From Oculina patagonica (Eukaryota), in assembly GCF_052425735.1 (NCBI RefSeq), contig NC_135762.1, positions 10,416,001 to 10,480,000 on the forward strand: DNA of 64,000 nucleotides, given 5' to 3'. Below the pieces are notes generated by a model. That model was not told where the DNA came from. It made no database searches and was given only the letters and a program-made list of their open reading frames with translations. Below, piece by piece: positions 60,268 to 64,000 of this stretch. The translations under genes and the position numbers were made by a program. Every line of letters starts with the position of its first letter. The stretch's first letter is position 1.

Positions 60268-61851
60268 TTATGGCTCCACAATCTTAACTCCGCCGTGAAC
60301 GCCAGCTTTAAACTGGGACCACCAGTTCACTGATCCTTGGGTGATGTGGCAGTTGCTGTACTGGGCAACAATATCACTCTCAGACAAAACAGTGCCCCAT
60401 ACATTCACCTCTGTCACGTCGCCAACAAAAGCCTGTGTTGCGTCGAAGCCTCCTCCAACATAGTCTTGGTCCTGTCCGATTACAGTGGTACCATCATAGC
60501 GGATTTCGCCGCCCACATTCATTCCGGCGCCACTGCCTACGATAGTGCCATCCTTGTAGAACTTGTAATCTCCGTTGGTGTTACTCCATGTAAAGCAAAC
60601 GTGGTGCCATTTGCCATCGTCAATACCAACGTCAGCATCCCTTTCGAAAAAGACAAAAGCTTTATTTGCACCCTGGAAAATTACTATCCGCCGGGAAATG
60701 TTATTCTTTCATTGCTTGTAGTTTCTGAAACTGTAACATTTAACATTTCTCTTTCAATTTTTTTTTACGGTCTTGCGCAAGCCCCTACATTGGCTTAATT
60801 TTAGTCTGAATAAGGGATAACGAGCAAGTTTTCGATACTCCATTAAGTGCACAGTCAAAAGAAAACAATTTTAATCCTTCAAACTTGAAATATATGACAT
60901 AACTAGAAAATCAAAAGTTTAATTGATGCACGTCGTTAAGTTTACTTTATTTACTAAAATTAAATCAAAAACTCTTCAAAGTACTGACAAACGATCGAAG
61001 GAATGGTGCTCGAATGGTGCATCCACCCTCAATAGAAAGAAGCTAAAATAAATTTCTATGTTTTTACGATAATAACGATATTTCGCCGAGTTATTTCTTT
61101 GGAAGCATAAGTAAAAAGGTACTTACCGTCGATTTCCCTGAATTAGAACGCGCAAAGTGGGAGAGGTGCAAACCGTCAATTCATTATGTTGTCCATTAAC
61201 AGCGTAGCTGTACAAGCACTGATTGTCGCTGCTTGATTCATCTGGGTTGTCTCTTGCAAAAAAGCACACTGTAACTGCGTCCAGATTATACATGATAGAG
61301 TTTTCTTTTATCGCGTAATCAGTGTTGGTGCGATCTGGAAACGTCATCCAGTACTCTGAAAGATAATGATTTATTATAAGCAGGAGGAAATTATTTTCAT
61401 AACAGGTAAATGTTACTGTTTTAACAATAAATTCAATTCGCACTGCGATATTAAAATGGCTAAAATCGGTAATATAAAATAATATCGGTAATAAAATTAA
61501 CCGTTTAACGCACTCAGCTTGTTTCTTAATTTTTGTTATAGTTCTTAATCTTCCTATTCGTGAAAACTATACACGGACGTATTATTTTCATTGTTTAGAA
61601 AAGGAATTTGCTTAGCCACATTTGTACCGAATTTGTACCGACCCTCTTATTATGGTGAAACAAATAGCTAGACACAGAAATAGATAGCGCTGTACAATAC
61701 GACTTGTTACATATGGCTTACCATCGGAAGGTGCGCACTGATGTTGTCTTACTGTCAATGGCCCCTGTCTCTGTTGTCTCGTGTTTTCACTGGCATTTAT
61801 TGCGGAACCGAGCAAAAGCACGGACAGAAAAGTGGTCCAGGCGACGTTCAT
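60268..61851 (-). CDS. Secreted short pentraxin-domain protein, copy 2 (coding exons 61851-61722, 61355-61127, 60640-60268; 243 aa)
   Basis: Signal peptide MNVAWTTFLSVLLLGSAINA; same exon phases and 229-bp middle exon as copy 1; WHHVCFTW and GQDQD motifs; intact through ...GVKIVEP stop. Confidence 0.9.
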
Positions 61852-62460
61852 TTCTCTTTATATCTATGGAGCTGAAAAATGGAGAAAACAAAATGATGGG
61901 GGACAATAAATAAATTATGATAAGTCAATGACTATACTAGAAATATTGATAACACTTGGCTTTTCGTTTTCGTTATTTGTTTTTAAGAATTATGTAAAAC
62001 AAATGGGAATGTACCGGTACGACCAAAATGCCAATTCACCACGAGTAGGAGTGCAAAGTATTGTTCCTGTCAAAATATTAGTGCCTATTTAAATACCATT
62101 CACGTTAATCGCTGACTCAAAATTTAGCCCGAATGAAAATGCGCTTACAATTTCTGTAAAAATAGTAATAAAGTAAACTCCGTCAAAAGCAGCTTCTACA
62201 GGATAAGCACGGCCTTCTTACTATCATCATTACCCTATAAGGTCATTTTAACGCTAAACTTTGAATTAATTGAGTAAATGAGTGAATAAGCCGAATTGAG
62301 TTGAAACTCAGTGAAATACATAGAAGAAGCCCTGAGCATGCAAATATACCGAAGAAACTCGCAAGGGTGAACTTACATTTCTATCTGCACTTCAGTTCAA
62401 TAAGTGGAATATCTTGAATGAAGCTGGCTCTTGCAAAGTTGTACTGTCCCAACGAAACAC

Positions 62461-63043
62461 TGAAGTGAAATCAACAGCGAAAAAGCCGATTAAATACCTC
62501 AGCGAAGTACAACAGTGAGACAGGACGCGTAATTAGCACTTTTATTAAAGTGCCATCAACGCGGATTTGATCATTGACAATGATTTTGTCTCATTTTGAA
62601 GTTGATTATCTTTACTATGATGTAATACTTCACAAGCAAGTGGGAGTTTTTCGTGTGAGGTTTCAAGTGCGAAGACAAACACAACACAAACCACACTAGT
62701 AAATTTTTCCACAGCATTTGATGACATTAACAGTGCAACTTAACAGTCAGGAAAACAATACAGCAAAATTAACATTGATAATAGTTCAAAAAGTAGAATG
62801 TCCCTTCGAACGAGTGAAAAATCAACGGCAAAAAGCTGATTAAATTAAATACCTCAGCGAAATACGACAAAAATATATAAGATGCTTAATTTAAGTGGCT
62901 ACAACGCTGATTTGATCGTAACAATCATTTTGTCACATTTTGAAGTTGATTATCTTTACGATAACGATGATGTAATATTTCACAAACAACTGACAGGTTT
63001 TATTGTGATCATGAGGTTTCAAGTCCGAATACAACACAACACA
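62461..63043. repeat. Diverged ~230-bp direct duplication upstream of pentraxin 2
   Basis: agtgaaa(a)atcaac...taaatacctcagcgaa...catt ttgaagttgattatcttta...gaggtttcaagt occurs at ~62461-62690 and ~62812-63043. Confidence 0.8.
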
Positions 63044-63060
63044 TTCGTTTGAACATAAAT

Positions 63061-63466
63061 CAGGGGCACCCAACGAGAAAATTTTACTATAGGTGTCGGA
63101 GCACCGTGTTTGCGTTATAAGTGTCCTTTTTGAGCGTTTTAAAGCCTTATTTTTAAATGCTAAGAAAAGTGTATATTTTCGGATACGCTAGCCGAACTTT
63201 CAAACTTCAGAAAATTGTAGGGAACGAAATATTATTATCCGAATTTACGAGGCGCTGTTGCCTTCTCGAAAATCGTAGCTGGCCTTTTTTCGTGCCCAAA
63301 ACCACATTTTTCTCTCTCTGAAAACAACAGGCATTACTTTCCAAATGTCACGAAAAATTGAGCTAAAGAAATCTCCAGTTTTTCGTCAGACTTTAATCCG
63401 AAAATCATAGGCAATTATAGGTCTTCCGAACAGATATTCACCGAAAAGGTCTGTTGGGTGCCCCTG
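63061..63466. mobile_element. hAT-like MITE with 6-bp target duplication
   Basis: TIR caggggcacccaac / gttgggtgcccctg with TSD ataaat. Confidence 0.85.
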
Positions 63467-64000
63467 ATAAATTTTCAGTAAACATTTTTACTATTATTTA
63501 AAAAAAATACTAGCTAGTCTTCTTGCAACACACAAGAACAGATCTTGTTAACTTGCTTTATTCTCTCCGACCGGTTTCGTCTGATCACAGCCTTCAGCAA
63601 GTAGTTCGAACAGGATTGCTTAAAGAAACTTATTTTCCATCTATTCTATAGAGTACAAAATCCCATTCGAACTAAGGTGTGAACATCGAAAAACACCTAC
63701 AGATTGTTACGTGCAGGATATGACTAAAATCCTGCCAATATGCAAAGTTTAATTTCGGGTCTCACATATTTAACGTTTAATCCGTGAGCCCCCATATTAA
63801 ACATTGTCCTTTTTTACGTAGAATCTTAGTCATATCCAGCGCGTACGTCTTGTGCGTGTTTTGTTATTCACACCGTTATGGGCTCATGCTTTGTGCTACA
63901 TTGCATAGGTATATAATAAGTTCCCGATGTTATCTTGTTCAAACTCCTAAATCAACGAAGTCTGTAGTATCACTCGCAGAAAAATAAGAAACTTGATCCA

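Noticed and set aside
53656-60798. Plus-strand ORFs at 53656-54012 and 60337-60798
   Set aside because: They are antisense to the pentraxin third exons and run into intron sequence; their similarity comes from the gene duplication.

Overview
AT-rich eukaryotic (animal) genomic DNA; the repeat families and gene types suggest an anthozoan cnidarian such as a stony coral (inference, not proven). The first ~51 kb is a minus-strand tandem cluster of paralogous class A (rhodopsin-like) GPCR genes with intronless coding regions: six near-complete copies, one 5'-truncated copy and one decayed fragment. They carry 5'UTR introns and a repeated upstream exon/promoter module. All copies have non-canonical activation switches (DRF, no CWxP, NPVIL). 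At ~29.79 kb the 3' half of one GPCR is fused head-to-head to an uninterrupted but 5'-truncated Helitron-family RepHel ORF (HUH Rep plus PIF1 helicase). That element has Helentron-type Rep motifs but appears to end in a canonical Helitron hairpin plus CTAG|T at 36025. From 53.6 to 61.9 kb lie two tandem three-coding-exon secreted short pentraxin genes, one with a TGG>TGA stop. The intergenic DNA is dense in MITEs (piggyBac-, Harbinger-, Tc1/mariner-, Kolobok- and hAT-like), SINEs and local duplications. A Crypton-like element carries two long hairpins whose mismatches are mostly tandem G.A pairs closed by GCA triloops. All calls were made by eye, without database searches.
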